In this document: in pieces, positions 20,581-30,254 of the stretch
Layout of the letters: the number at the start of each line of letters is the position of its first letter
How positions within the stretch are numbered: position 1 is the stretch's first letter
NCBI GenBank assembly: GCA_050633205.1
Contig: JBOEGA010000010.1
Coordinates: forward strand, 6,415 to 70,414
Direction of reading: 5' to 3'
Length of the DNA: 64,000 bases
From: Methyloligellaceae bacterium
GTDB taxonomy: Bacteria; Pseudomonadota; Alphaproteobacteria; Rhizobiales; CBDHHC01
Program-made: the position numbers and the translations under genes
The notes under the pieces: model-generated
Seen by the model: the letters and a program-made list of their open reading frames with translations, nothing else
Told to the model about the DNA's origin: nothing
The model's database searches: none

Positions 20581-20610
20581 AAGCCAGCTTCACTATTGAG
20601 GCTGGCTTTT
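20581..20610 (+). terminator. rho-independent terminator of the porin gene
   Basis: AAGCCAGCTTC (20581-20591) pairs with GAGGCTGGCTT (20598-20608), followed by TTTT. Confidence 0.75.
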
Positions 20611-21139
20611 CTGTTCTACCAACGAAATATAGATACCGTACAGAGCCATTTTCTGCAGAATTTACTGTGTAAAATGCAAGGTGAGACCTATTTCACACGG
20701 CTGCTCAACTTCACCTCAATGACCTATAGTTGCATCTCATTTATGAAATACATTAAAAAAACAAAGGCATACCTGTTAATAGAAGGCATTTTCAACTAAC
20801 TTTTTTTGCGCGAATCACTTTAGAATGGTAAACGGGTCGTTAATGCGTCTGAAGTTATGCTTTTCGGGTTTGAATTGTCTGAACAAACCTATTTTATTTC
20901 AGCGTGTTAATAAAAAAATATCAGAGTGGTTTCCAATTTTACAGTTTTTGCGTTTTCCCAAAAATTGAAGCGCTCATAAGAAAGAAGATGCTGCGATTGC
21001 GTCTTATGAGGTTATAGCCGCGGGGGCAATGACCTCTATATTTCCTGATTTATTCATTTGCTGAATTATTCGGGGGGGATAAAAAAGATTGCGTTGCGTT
21101 TGCATGTTCTAACCTGGAGAGGTGTATGGGGAGAGCGTA

Positions 21140-23719
21140 ATGTTTTTGAAGGGGGGGCAGAACAAAGACTTTAACTCAATGATACTGATTATCAGTCTCG
21201 CGTCATTGAGTGTATTATGCATTGCATTTCTGTCGTTTGTTTTTGCCGGAAAACCAATTTTATCTGCTGTCGGACTGAGGCTTGATGTCCGTACGCTTCT
21301 GATCATCGGAATACTTGGTGGTGTGATCGGTGTGGCTGTATTTGCCGCGACCGTTTTTTTGCGTGCCGCCAACCGTGCCCAGAAAGCAGAGGCCCTTTCA
21401 ACACGTGAAGTTGCTCAACTCCAGAAGCGCTTAAGCTCTATCGAATCCATTATTCAGGCTGAACCTCAACTGCTGGTTTTCTGGGAACAGACAGGTGAGC
21501 CTAATGTTATTATCAATAATCTGGAACAGGACCTTGGAACGCCGGATGATCCGCGCCAAGTCCTGAGGTTCAGAAGCTGGCTTGAACCGGATTCTGCTTC
21601 CGAGCTGGAAAACTCCCTTAAAAACATGTTTCAGGAAGGCTCAGCATTTAACCTGATGCTGAAAACACTTGTTGGTGGCGACCTTGAAGCTGATGGTCGT
21701 GCAGCAGGTGGCAGGCTGATTTTGAAGTTTCGTGATGTTGCCGGCAAACGCCAGGAGCTAGCGGAACTTTATGAGCAGCAACGCAATCTTGAAGCTGATA
21801 TTGCTGCCAACCGGGCCCTTTGGGATGCAGCTCCGATGCCTGTCTGGTTCCGCAAGGAAGATGGTAAACTGGACTGGGTCAATAAGGCTTATGTGAAAGC
21901 AGTTGAGGCCGAGAATTACAAGATTGTCTGTGAAAAGCAGATTGAACTTCTTGAAAGCCGCCAGCGAAAAGTTATTACGAAGTCTCTGGCCAAGGGCAAA
22001 ACTTACTCCAAGCGACATAATACAATTGTTTCGGGAGAGCGCAGAGCATTTGATACGATTGCACTTCCTCTTGGCAAGGCGAGTGCAGGAATTGCGATTG
22101 ATGTTGCTGACCTGGAGACCGTTAAATCCGAACTGGATCAGCTCACTGAAGCTCATACGAGAACGCTTGATAAAGTGGCAACTGCAGTTGCTATTTTTGG
22201 ACCAGACCAGAAGCTGAACTTCTTTAATCAGGCCTATGTTGATCTATGGGGTCTTGATGCCCAGTGGCTTGAGACTGGTGTCAAGGATGGTGAGATTCTG
22301 GATAAGATGCGGACTTCGCGCATGTTGCCTGAAGAGGCTGACTATCGTGCCTGGAAAGAAACGCAGCTTGAATCCTACAGTGCTGATGAGCCTCGCGAGG
22401 ACTGGTGGTACCTGCCTGACGGGCGGTCTATTTATGTTGTCTGCGAGCAGCGTCCTGATGGTGGTGTGACTTATCTTTATGATGATGCAACAGAGCGGAT
22501 AGCGCTGGAAAGCCGTTATAATGCACTGTTTGATGTTCAGAAAGAAACGCTGGAGAATTTACGTGAAGGCGTTGCAGTGTTCTCTACTGACGGGCGTCTG
22601 AAGCTGTTTAATAATTCCTATGCGAATATCTGGAAACTGAGCCACAAGCGCCTTGAGCAAGGGCCACATATTGATGAAATCATTGAGCTTTGCAGTGTGC
22701 TGCATGATGATGAAAGCTCATGGAAGGAAGTTGGCCGGGCGGTTACTGCTATTCATGAACAGAGGCAGCCTATCAACGGACAGTTCAAACGGATGGATGG
22801 CAGCATTATCGAATATGCCAGTGACCCGCTGCCTGATGGCGCGACGTTGCTGACCTATGTTGATGTTACGGATACGAAGCGTGTTGAGAATATGCTTATG
22901 GAACGTAACGAAACACTGGAAGCTGCTGATAAACTGAAGAACGATTTTGTTCAGAATGTTTCTTACGAACTGCGGACACCTTTGACGAATATTATCGGCT
23001 TCTCAGACCTGCTGGCTAACCCTAATATTGGTCCTCTCTCACAGAGGCAAAAAGAGTATCTGGGGGATATCCGGGCTTCGAGCAAGACTTTGCTTTCCAT
23101 TATCAATGATATTCTGGATCTGGCTACTATTGATGCGGGTGCTATGGAGCTAGAGCTTGAACCGGTTAAGGTTGCCGGGTTGATCAAGGCTGCGGCGCTT
23201 GGGGTTCGGGAACGTCTGGTTCGGGCGAAGCTTGGGCTGGATATTCGTGTTGAACCGGGAATTGATGAATTTATCTGTGACGAGCGACGGGTAACGCAGA
23301 TTCTGTATAATCTGCTGTCAAATGCGATTGGTTTCTCTCCTTCTGGCAGTCGTATTCGCCTGCTTTGCATGCGCGACGGTGACAATATTGCGTTTACAGT
23401 GCTCGATCAGGGTTCAGGCATTCCAGCGGAACATCATGAGACTGTGTTCAAACGTTTTGAGTCTAATACTGAAGGGTCACGGCACCGTGGTACCGGGCTT
23501 GGGCTATCAATTGTGAAGAGCCTTGTGGAGTTGCATGGTGGTGACATTCATCTTCGATCCAAGGAAGGCAAGGGAACAATTATTATTGTGCGATTCCCTG
23601 AACATGGTAATAATTCAGGCTCAGAACCGGATGGCGAGAAAAAAGAAGTCGAGAAGACCAAGCCTAAGTTATTGAGCCGCCGAAGAAAACCTCGTCATAA
23701 TCAAGTCGTAACTGCGTGA
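21140..23719 (+). CDS. membrane-anchored multi-PAS sensor histidine kinase (conserved neighbour of tsaE in alphaproteobacteria)
   Basis: I prefer the ATG at 21140 (GGGAGAG upstream) over the track GTG at 21122. It has N-terminal TM segments, repeated PAS-like blocks, H-box VSYELRTPLTNIIGFS, N box LLSNAIGFS and G boxes DQGSGIP / GTGLGLSIV. Confidence 0.88.
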   Translation: MFLKGGQNKDFNSMILIISLASLSVLCIAFLSFVFAGKPILSAVGLRLDVRTLLIIGILGGVIGVAVFAATVFLRAANRAQKAEALSTREVAQLQKRLSSIESIIQAEPQLLVFWEQTGEPNVIINNLEQDLGTPDDPRQVLRFRSWLEPDSASELENSLKNMFQEGSAFNLMLKTLVGGDLEADGRAAGGRLILKFRDVAGKRQELAELYEQQRNLEADIAANRALWDAAPMPVWFRKEDGKLDWVNKAYVKAVEAENYKIVCEKQIELLESRQRKVITKSLAKGKTYSKRHNTIVSGERRAFDTIALPLGKASAGIAIDVADLETVKSELDQLTEAHTRTLDKVATAVAIFGPDQKLNFFNQAYVDLWGLDAQWLETGVKDGEILDKMRTSRMLPEEADYRAWKETQLESYSADEPREDWWYLPDGRSIYVVCEQRPDGGVTYLYDDATERIALESRYNALFDVQKETLENLREGVAVFSTDGRLKLFNNSYANIWKLSHKRLEQGPHIDEIIELCSVLHDDESSWKEVGRAVTAIHEQRQPINGQFKRMDGSIIEYASDPLPDGATLLTYVDVTDTKRVENMLMERNETLEAADKLKNDFVQNVSYELRTPLTNIIGFSDLLANPNIGPLSQRQKEYLGDIRASSKTLLSIINDILDLATIDAGAMELELEPVKVAGLIKAAALGVRERLVRAKLGLDIRVEPGIDEFICDERRVTQILYNLLSNAIGFSPSGSRIRLLCMRDGDNIAFTVLDQGSGIPAEHHETVFKRFESNTEGSRHRGTGLGLSIVKSLVELHGGDIHLRSKEGKGTIIIVRFPEHGNNSGSEPDGEKKEVEKTKPKLLSRRRKPRHNQVVTA

Positions 23720-23783
23720 TAATCCACGTTTCTTTGGTTTAGCCATCCTATTTTTTACACCTCAGAGTGATGAGTATTGGACT

Positions 23784-25310
23784 ATGGACAAGCATAGATT
23801 GTATCTGGATTTAGAAGGCGTTGAGAAGCTGGCGCAGGACCTTGCTGCCACACTCAAGCAGGGAGATGTGCTTTGCCTTCAGGGTGATCTTGGTGCAGGC
23901 AAGACTACATTTGCCCGAGCGCTGATCCGGTCTTTGCTGGCAGCGGGTGATAATACCGAGATACCCAGTCCTACCTTTGCGCTGGTTCAGAGTTATGAGA
24001 CTGAGCGCTTTCCCGTTTCGCATTTTGATTTTTATCGCATTGGCTCTTCTGATGAAGTGCTGGAGCTCGGGCTTGATGAAGCAGTTTCAGACGGAATTGC
24101 CATTATCGAGTGGCCGGAGAAGGCGCCTGAGTTTTTATCGTCTGACAGACTGACAATTGAGCTTAGTGAAGGTGATGATGAAGAGCGGCGGGAGCTGGTG
24201 TTTGTACCCCACGGTAACTGGGATGCGAAGCTTGCACGGTTTGTGGCGATACAGGAGTTTGTGAAGTCGGCAGGATGGCAGGATGCGGAATGTCGTTTTT
24301 TGCAGGGCGATGCCTCTACGAGACGGTATATGCGGTTGCGGAATGGCGAGCGCAGAGCAGTATTGATGGATGCGCCAAAGCAGCCGGATGGACCACCTGT
24401 CAGAGATGGCAAGCCTTACAGTCAGATTGCACATCTGGCTGAGGATGTTGCGCCGTTTTATGCGGTTGGGCAGGAGTTGCGGCGTATAGGACTTCATGCG
24501 CCCGAGATATTTGCTCATGATCTGGATCAGGGTTTACTGCTGATTGAAGATTTCGGAGATGAGGTCTTCGGGACCAAGGTTTCGCAAGGGGCGGATATCC
24601 TTGAGCTTTACCGTCATGCGGTTGATGTTCTGGTGACACTTGGGACTTATTCTCCGAACGCCGAACTGCCCGTTGTGAATGGGCGGAATTATGCGCTGCC
24701 TGTTTTTGATCGTGAAGCGATGGGAATTGAGGTTGAGCTTTTGCCGGACTGGTACTGGCCAGCCCGAAAAGGAGAGGTTATCAGTCAGTCTGAGCGCGAA
24801 GCCTTTATGAGTTTGTGGCTTGATCAGTTTGGTGTTGTTGAGGGGAATCTGACGACGATTACGCTTCGTGATTATCATTCGCCGAATCTGATTTTGCTTA
24901 ATGGTTCTGCGGCTGGGGTTATTGATTATCAGGATGCGCAGCGCGGTAATCCGGCTTATGACCTGGTTTCGCTGTTGCAGGATGCACGGCTTACGGTGCC
25001 TGAGGATGTCGAGAGGCAATTGCTTGATTACTATTGTGAAAAGCGACATGCACAGGCTTCTGAAGTGCCATTTAATGAAGCCGAGTTTCGGCGGGACTAT
25101 GCCATTCTGGGTGCGCAGAGAAATACGAAAATTCTTGGGATATTTGCGAGACTGGCGAAGCGGGACGGAAAGCCCGGTTATCTGGCACATATTCCTCGAA
25201 TCTGGGCCTATGTAGAACGTGACCTGAGCCACCCTGAACTGAGCGATTTGCGTGGGTGGTATGACAGGAATTTTCCGCCTGAGCTGAGACATAAGCCGTT
25301 AGAAATATAA
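23784..25310 (+). CDS. fusion protein: TsaE (t6A ATPase) N-domain plus aminoglycoside-phosphotransferase-fold kinase (AmgK-like anomeric MurNAc/GlcNAc kinase)
   Basis: Residues 1-150 carry the TsaE motifs GDLGAGKTTFARALIR, SPTFALV, HFDFYR and IIEWPE. The remainder has the APH-fold pattern (GDASTRRYMRL, LIEDFGD, RDYHSPNLI, IDYQDA) and is followed by a MurU-like gene. Confidence 0.85.
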   Translation: MDKHRLYLDLEGVEKLAQDLAATLKQGDVLCLQGDLGAGKTTFARALIRSLLAAGDNTEIPSPTFALVQSYETERFPVSHFDFYRIGSSDEVLELGLDEAVSDGIAIIEWPEKAPEFLSSDRLTIELSEGDDEERRELVFVPHGNWDAKLARFVAIQEFVKSAGWQDAECRFLQGDASTRRYMRLRNGERRAVLMDAPKQPDGPPVRDGKPYSQIAHLAEDVAPFYAVGQELRRIGLHAPEIFAHDLDQGLLLIEDFGDEVFGTKVSQGADILELYRHAVDVLVTLGTYSPNAELPVVNGRNYALPVFDREAMGIEVELLPDWYWPARKGEVISQSEREAFMSLWLDQFGVVEGNLTTITLRDYHSPNLILLNGSAAGVIDYQDAQRGNPAYDLVSLLQDARLTVPEDVERQLLDYYCEKRHAQASEVPFNEAEFRRDYAILGAQRNTKILGIFARLAKRDGKPGYLAHIPRIWAYVERDLSHPELSDLRGWYDRNFPPELRHKPLEI

Positions 25311-25328
25311 GAATACCGGAGTATTGAA

Positions 25329-26042
25329 ATGAGTGTTCCAAAGAAAGCAATGATTATGGCGGCTGGTTTAGGGCAGCGAATGCGGCCTCTGACCAATGAT
25401 ATTCCAAAGCCAATGGTTGTGTTTAATGGTAAGCCGCTGATTGATCATGTTCTTGATAAGCTTGTTGAAAATGGTATTGAACTGGCCGTTGTGAATGTTC
25501 ATTACAAGGCTGATATTCTTGAAGAGCATGTGACGTCACGCAAGGATATCGAGATTATTGTTTCTGACGAGCGGGATGCGTTACTGGAAACTGGTGGCGG
25601 GACCAAGAAGGCACTAGAGCATTTTGGTGACGAGCCGTTTATTATTCAGAATTCAGACACTGTATGGATTGAAGGTGCAGGGTCCAATCTTGACCGTATG
25701 CTAAAATACTGGGATCCGGAAAGCATGGATTGCCTTCTGTTGCTTGCACAGGTTTACAACAGTCTTGGTTATTATGGTCATGGTGACTTTTTTATGGGGA
25801 AAGACGGGCTATTACGGCGTCGGGCTGAAAAAGAAATGGCACCTTTTGTTTTTGCTGGTGTATCAATAATGCATCCGCATTTGTTTGCGGACAGTCCGGA
25901 CGGAGCGTTTTCCCTGAACCTGCTCTGGGACAGGGCGATTGAGAAACAGCGTCTTTTTGGTATGCTTCTCGAAGGTGAGTGGATGCATATTGGAACCCCT
26001 GAAGCGCTGGAGGATGCAGAGGAGCACGTAAAAATTGTCTGA
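25329..26042 (+). CDS. murU: nucleotidyltransferase, MurU-like (N-acetylmuramate-1-phosphate uridylyltransferase)
   Basis: AMIMAAGLGQRMRPLT(N)DIPKPM glycine-rich NTP-transferase loop. 237 aa. Sits directly after the AmgK-like kinase. Confidence 0.75.
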   Translation: MSVPKKAMIMAAGLGQRMRPLTNDIPKPMVVFNGKPLIDHVLDKLVENGIELAVVNVHYKADILEEHVTSRKDIEIIVSDERDALLETGGGTKKALEHFGDEPFIIQNSDTVWIEGAGSNLDRMLKYWDPESMDCLLLLAQVYNSLGYYGHGDFFMGKDGLLRRRAEKEMAPFVFAGVSIMHPHLFADSPDGAFSLNLLWDRAIEKQRLFGMLLEGEWMHIGTPEALEDAEEHVKIV

Positions 26043-29000
26043 GGACATAAGCTCAAGCCCTGAAGGCACACTATCCAGCGTTTATACCATTCCTCAAACC
26101 TCGTCGTTTCTGGACAAACTTTCCGAATTTATTCTTTCCAAATATGGGGCTAACCCGATTGAGCTGACGCAGTTGACACTGTTGCTGCCAACCCGGCGTG
26201 CCTGCCGTTCAATGCGGGACTCACTGTTGAAAATTTCCGGCGGTCAGGCTGCTGTGCTTCCGCGTATCCGGCCTATTGGCGAGATCGATGAAGATATCAG
26301 TCTGATTTTTTCAGGTGGGATGGATGATCTGGATATTTTTGAGATCCCTCCTCCTGTAACCGATGTTGAGCGGCGTCTGGTTTTGACGAAGCTGGTTCTG
26401 AAGTGGATGGATGTTGAACGCGAGGCGGCATTAGCAGAAGACGATCCGCTAGTGCCAGTTCCACCAAGAGCAACGCCAGCTCAGGCCAGTATGCTGGCTC
26501 ATGAGCTATGTGGGTTGATGGATGAGTCTGAGACTGAGCAGATTGACCTGTCCGGTTTGAGTGAGATTGTCCCCGAGAATTATGCGCATCACTGGGAAAA
26601 GACGCTCAAGTTTTTGCAGATTATTACACAGATCTGGCCATTACATCTGGAAGAGCGGGGGCTTGTGCCTCCAATGGAGCGGCGGAACAGACTGCTTTTG
26701 AGCGAAGTGAAGCGGCTTCAGAATAATCCTCCAAAACATCCGATTATTGCGGCCGGTGCGACTGGTAGTATTCCGGCGGCGGCTGAGTTGTTGAAGGTTG
26801 TGGCGGGTTTGCCGAACGGTTCTATTGTTTTGCCCGGACTTGATATGGAGCTTGATGATGAGAGCTGGGATGCGATAACGCCGGATCATCCTGAACATCC
26901 GCAGTTTGGCATGAAGAAACTGCTGGAACGGATTGGGGTTGAGCGGTCGGAGATTTCCTATTTACCGGGTGCAGAGCCTGAAGGGGCTGATCTTGCACGT
27001 GTGAAGCTGGTGACGGAGACTATGCGTCCGGCTGGTATGACGCATTACTGGCAGTCTTATCTGAAGGAAGACGGGTTATCTGACAAACTGGCAGAGACAC
27101 TGGATGACTGCGCTCTGATTACTGCTCCCAGTGCGCAGGATGAGGCGGAAGCTGTTTCATTGATTTTGCGCAACGCAGCAGAAACTCCCGGAATGACTGC
27201 CGCGCTTATTACGCCTGACAGGATTTTGGGACGGCGGGTTTCAGTGCGGTTGTTGAAATGGGGGCTTGCGGTCGATGACTCGGCCGGGCGGCCTTTGAGC
27301 AAGACAGTTCCCGGTGTGTTTATGGACCTTGTGGCTTCGGTTATGTCGAAACGGTTTGCAGCGGCTGAGTTGATGTCGCTGTTGAAGCATCCTCTGACGC
27401 GGCTTGGTATTGAGGCTGGCAAGATCAGGGCTGCTGCGCGGTCGCTGGAGATTATTGCCCTGAGACAACCTCTTGCAGGGCAAGGCATTGATGCCATGCG
27501 CAAGACGATTGAGCGTTCGCGGTCTGACTTTGAGGCCGGTTATCAGCGACATGGCATTATGCGGCGGATGGGTGAGCGTGACTGGGACCGCGCGGCTGAT
27601 CTTCTCGACAAGATTGAAGCGGCATTTGAGCCTTTGCTTACGTTAGCGAATAATGATGTTACGGGATCTGTGAAGCAGTTTGTTGAGGCGCATGTGAAGG
27701 TGGCAGAAGCACTGGCTGTGAACCATGAAGGAACGAGTGATGCGCTTTGGGCCGGGGAAGCCGGTGAGGCTTTATCGCTGTTTCTGACGGACCTTTACAA
27801 TGATGAGATAGACGGGCCAGAGATTACGGTTTTTGATTATCCCGAGCTTTATCACAGTCTTATTTCCGGCAAAGCCATGCGGCCCCAGACACCTGTGCAT
27901 CCAAGACTATTTATCTGGGGACCACTTGAAGCGCGTTTGCAGCAGCCGGATATTGTTATTCTTGGTGGGCTGAATGAAGGGACATGGCCGCAGTCTATTG
28001 AGACGGATGCGTGGTTATCGCGCCCCATGCGGAAGACACTTGGGTTGCCAGCACCTGAGCAGCGAACGGGATTGTTTGCGCACGACTTTGCGCAGTTGCT
28101 CGGTGCTAAAAAACTCTATATGACGCGGGCTGCGAAAGTCGATGGTGTTCCGACTGTGCCTTCGCGATGGTTGTTGCGGTTGCAGACATTGTTGCGTGGT
28201 GTTGGGCTCGATAATGTGCTGGATACGAAAGCGGATGAGCCGTGGCTGGCATGGGCGAGGTCCCGTGATCTGATTGAAATGCGTACGCCTGTTGCTGCGC
28301 CTGCGCCATGCCCTCCGGTTGACAAGCGGCCACGTCAACTGAGTGTTACGCAGATTGAGGACTGGATTGGCAATCCTTATGTGATTTTTGCGCGAAATAT
28401 TATGCGACTGGAGAAGATGCCGGAACTTGGTGCGCAGCCTGATGCGTCTTTGCGAGGGCAGATTATTCACCAGGCATTGCATATGTTTACGCAGGCATAT
28501 CAGAGTGAGTTTCCTGATGGGGCGTCGGAAAAGCTGGTCGAATATGCTGATCAGTTATTGCACCATTATGCGGACCATCCGAGTGTTGCTGCTTTCTGGA
28601 AGCCGAGATTTGAGCGGTTTTCGGAATGGTTTGAGAAGACAGAGCCAGCGCGCCGCGAAAAGGTTTTATCCATGCTGACGGAAACCAAAGGCGAGATGGA
28701 AGTAAAAGCGCCTGCAGGGCCATTTACACTGACTGCACGGGCTGACCGTCTGGACCTGGGTCAGGACAATGCGGTTCTGATTTATGATTACAAGACCGGG
28801 TATATTCCCAAAGACGGCGAGGTGCTGAAGCTAAAGTCTCCGCAATTGCCTCTGGAGGCTGCCATATTGCTGAGCGGCGGCTTTTCCGGACTGACGGATG
28901 TGCGGCTTGCGGGACTTGGATATATTTCTGCCAGTGGTGGTGATCCGGCTGGTGTTGAGCATATTGTGAAGGTTGATGATGCAACGGAGCTGGCGCGTGA

Positions 29001-29163
29001 GGCCTATCGCAAGCTGAAGGCGCTGGTTGAACGTTATGATAAGCCGGAGACAAAATATCCCGCCCTGCGCCGTCCACAGTTTGATTACCGTTATGATGAT
29101 TATGAGCATCTTTCACGGGTGAAAGAATGGGGGCTTGGGGATGTTTCGGATGGTGATGAGTGA
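26035..29163 (+). CDS. addB: double-strand break repair protein AddB (alphaproteobacterial type)
   Basis: 1042 aa. TTG start overlaps the murU stop. The C-terminal PD-(D/E)XK-like nuclease segment is ARADRLDL...LIYDYKTG. Its position is upstream of addA. Confidence 0.88.
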   Translation: MSEDISSSPEGTLSSVYTIPQTSSFLDKLSEFILSKYGANPIELTQLTLLLPTRRACRSMRDSLLKISGGQAAVLPRIRPIGEIDEDISLIFSGGMDDLDIFEIPPPVTDVERRLVLTKLVLKWMDVEREAALAEDDPLVPVPPRATPAQASMLAHELCGLMDESETEQIDLSGLSEIVPENYAHHWEKTLKFLQIITQIWPLHLEERGLVPPMERRNRLLLSEVKRLQNNPPKHPIIAAGATGSIPAAAELLKVVAGLPNGSIVLPGLDMELDDESWDAITPDHPEHPQFGMKKLLERIGVERSEISYLPGAEPEGADLARVKLVTETMRPAGMTHYWQSYLKEDGLSDKLAETLDDCALITAPSAQDEAEAVSLILRNAAETPGMTAALITPDRILGRRVSVRLLKWGLAVDDSAGRPLSKTVPGVFMDLVASVMSKRFAAAELMSLLKHPLTRLGIEAGKIRAAARSLEIIALRQPLAGQGIDAMRKTIERSRSDFEAGYQRHGIMRRMGERDWDRAADLLDKIEAAFEPLLTLANNDVTGSVKQFVEAHVKVAEALAVNHEGTSDALWAGEAGEALSLFLTDLYNDEIDGPEITVFDYPELYHSLISGKAMRPQTPVHPRLFIWGPLEARLQQPDIVILGGLNEGTWPQSIETDAWLSRPMRKTLGLPAPEQRTGLFAHDFAQLLGAKKLYMTRAAKVDGVPTVPSRWLLRLQTLLRGVGLDNVLDTKADEPWLAWARSRDLIEMRTPVAAPAPCPPVDKRPRQLSVTQIEDWIGNPYVIFARNIMRLEKMPELGAQPDASLRGQIIHQALHMFTQAYQSEFPDGASEKLVEYADQLLHHYADHPSVAAFWKPRFERFSEWFEKTEPARREKVLSMLTETKGEMEVKAPAGPFTLTARADRLDLGQDNAVLIYDYKTGYIPKDGEVLKLKSPQLPLEAAILLSGGFSGLTDVRLAGLGYISASGGDPAGVEHIVKVDDATELAREAYRKLKALVERYDKPETKYPALRRPQFDYRYDDYEHLSRVKEWGLGDVSDGDE

Positions 29164-29202
29164 TGGGATTTGAAGGTAGTTATTCAATAAAGCATATACA
29201 TA

Positions 29203-29219
29203 TGTTCTCTTTTTGTTCT
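29203..29219. promoter_or_regulatory. candidate LexA (SOS) box: direct repeat TGTTCT-N5-TGTTCT, which contains GTTC-N7-GTTC
   Basis: Read directly (29203-29208 and 29214-29219). It matches the alphaproteobacterial LexA motif GTTC-N7-GTTC / GAAC-N7-GAAC. It abuts the putative -35 element. Confidence 0.5.
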
Positions 29220-29246
29220 TGATTGATGTTGCAAATATGCTATAGA
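29219..29246 (+). promoter_or_regulatory. putative sigma-70 promoter for the KilA-N/DinD-like gene (-35 cTTGATT, 16-nt spacer, -10 cTATAGA)
   Basis: TTGATT at 29219-29224 and TATAGA at 29241-29246. This resembles the alphaproteobacterial CTTGAC-N17-CTATAT consensus, about 150 nt upstream of the ATG at 29397. Confidence 0.35.
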
Positions 29247-29396
29247 TTCATCCATGCAGAGACTAAATTTGATACCAGATCTCAGCAGGCGGAATTGATA
29301 GCAATTACAACGCAAGGTGTTACTGACAATTGCTCAATTATTTTATGAGCTTTTTGAATTATCGTTTTGTGTTGTGGCGAAATGGAAGGTCACAAG

Positions 29397-30254
29397 ATGG
29401 CAAATGAAAGTTCTGAATTGATACTTCGTAACTGCAAAATTGAGCAAGATACTAACGGCAATATCTGTCTGAATGATTTGTGGGAGCTTGCTGGTAAACC
29501 GGAAAATTTAAGACCGACGAGCTGGAGAAGGCAAAAGCGAACAAAAACTCTTGAAAAGGCTCTTCAGGAAAGAATTATGTCTGAAAAACATAATTCAAAG
29601 AATAAGCAATATAAATCAACATATTATGTGTCTGGTCGAGGTGTCAAAGCAAAAACTTTTGCTCACCCGGTAATGGCACTTGAATATGCTGAAAATATAA
29701 GCCCTGAACTTGGAATTGAGATCAGAGAGATCTTTTTAAGGTTTAAATCAAACGATTTGAGTCTTGCAAAGGAAATAATAGATAATCTTGTAGATCAGTA
29801 TGGTTATGACGAAAAGCGCGTAGACTTAAGAAACCTTGTTAGACAGCACAATAAAGAATCTGCAGGAACTGCAAAGCATGCGGGTGTAACAGACTTTCCC
29901 GGTTATAACGGGGCTGGTGTCAGTGGGCTTTATGGTGGAATGACTGCCGGTGACGTTCTGGCTCACAAGGGTTTACCTCAAGATGCTAACAGGCTTGATC
30001 ATGCAGGCCATGAGGAGTTGGCTGCAAATTATTTTAAAGCGACGCAAGCGGTTGCAAAACTGAAACGTGAAAAAATAAAGGGACAGGATGCTGCAAACCG
30101 AGCCCATGAAGAAGTGGGTAAGGCGGTGAGAAAAACCATAAAGGAAATTGGTGGAACCATGCCTGAAGATGAGCCAGCACTTGACAATATCAGAGATGCA
30201 AAAAAGCGGATTAAATCTAACAGGGATCTGTTGGATAGCCAGAAAAATGTATAA
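29397..30254 (+). CDS. KilA-N-like N-domain protein with a DinD-like (DNA-damage-inducible protein D) C-terminal region
   Basis: I prefer the ATG at 29397 (GGAAGG 7 nt upstream). The N-terminus ICLNDLWELAGKPENLRPTSWRRQKRTKTLEKAL fits the KilA-N pattern. The C-terminus GLYGGM...LDHAGHEELAANYFKATQAVAKLKRE...ANRAHEEVGKAVRKTIKEIGGTMPEDEP matches my recollection of the conserved DinD C-terminal block; this is not verified by any search. Confidence 0.6.
   Translation: MANESSELILRNCKIEQDTNGNICLNDLWELAGKPENLRPTSWRRQKRTKTLEKALQERIMSEKHNSKNKQYKSTYYVSGRGVKAKTFAHPVMALEYAENISPELGIEIREIFLRFKSNDLSLAKEIIDNLVDQYGYDEKRVDLRNLVRQHNKESAGTAKHAGVTDFPGYNGAGVSGLYGGMTAGDVLAHKGLPQDANRLDHAGHEELAANYFKATQAVAKLKREKIKGQDAANRAHEEVGKAVRKTIKEIGGTMPEDEPALDNIRDAKKRIKSNRDLLDSQKNV

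Noticed and set aside
20557-20799. 80-aa ORF in the porin-to-histidine-kinase spacer
   Set aside because: It starts inside the porin terminator region, has no SD and has odd composition. It is probably non-coding.
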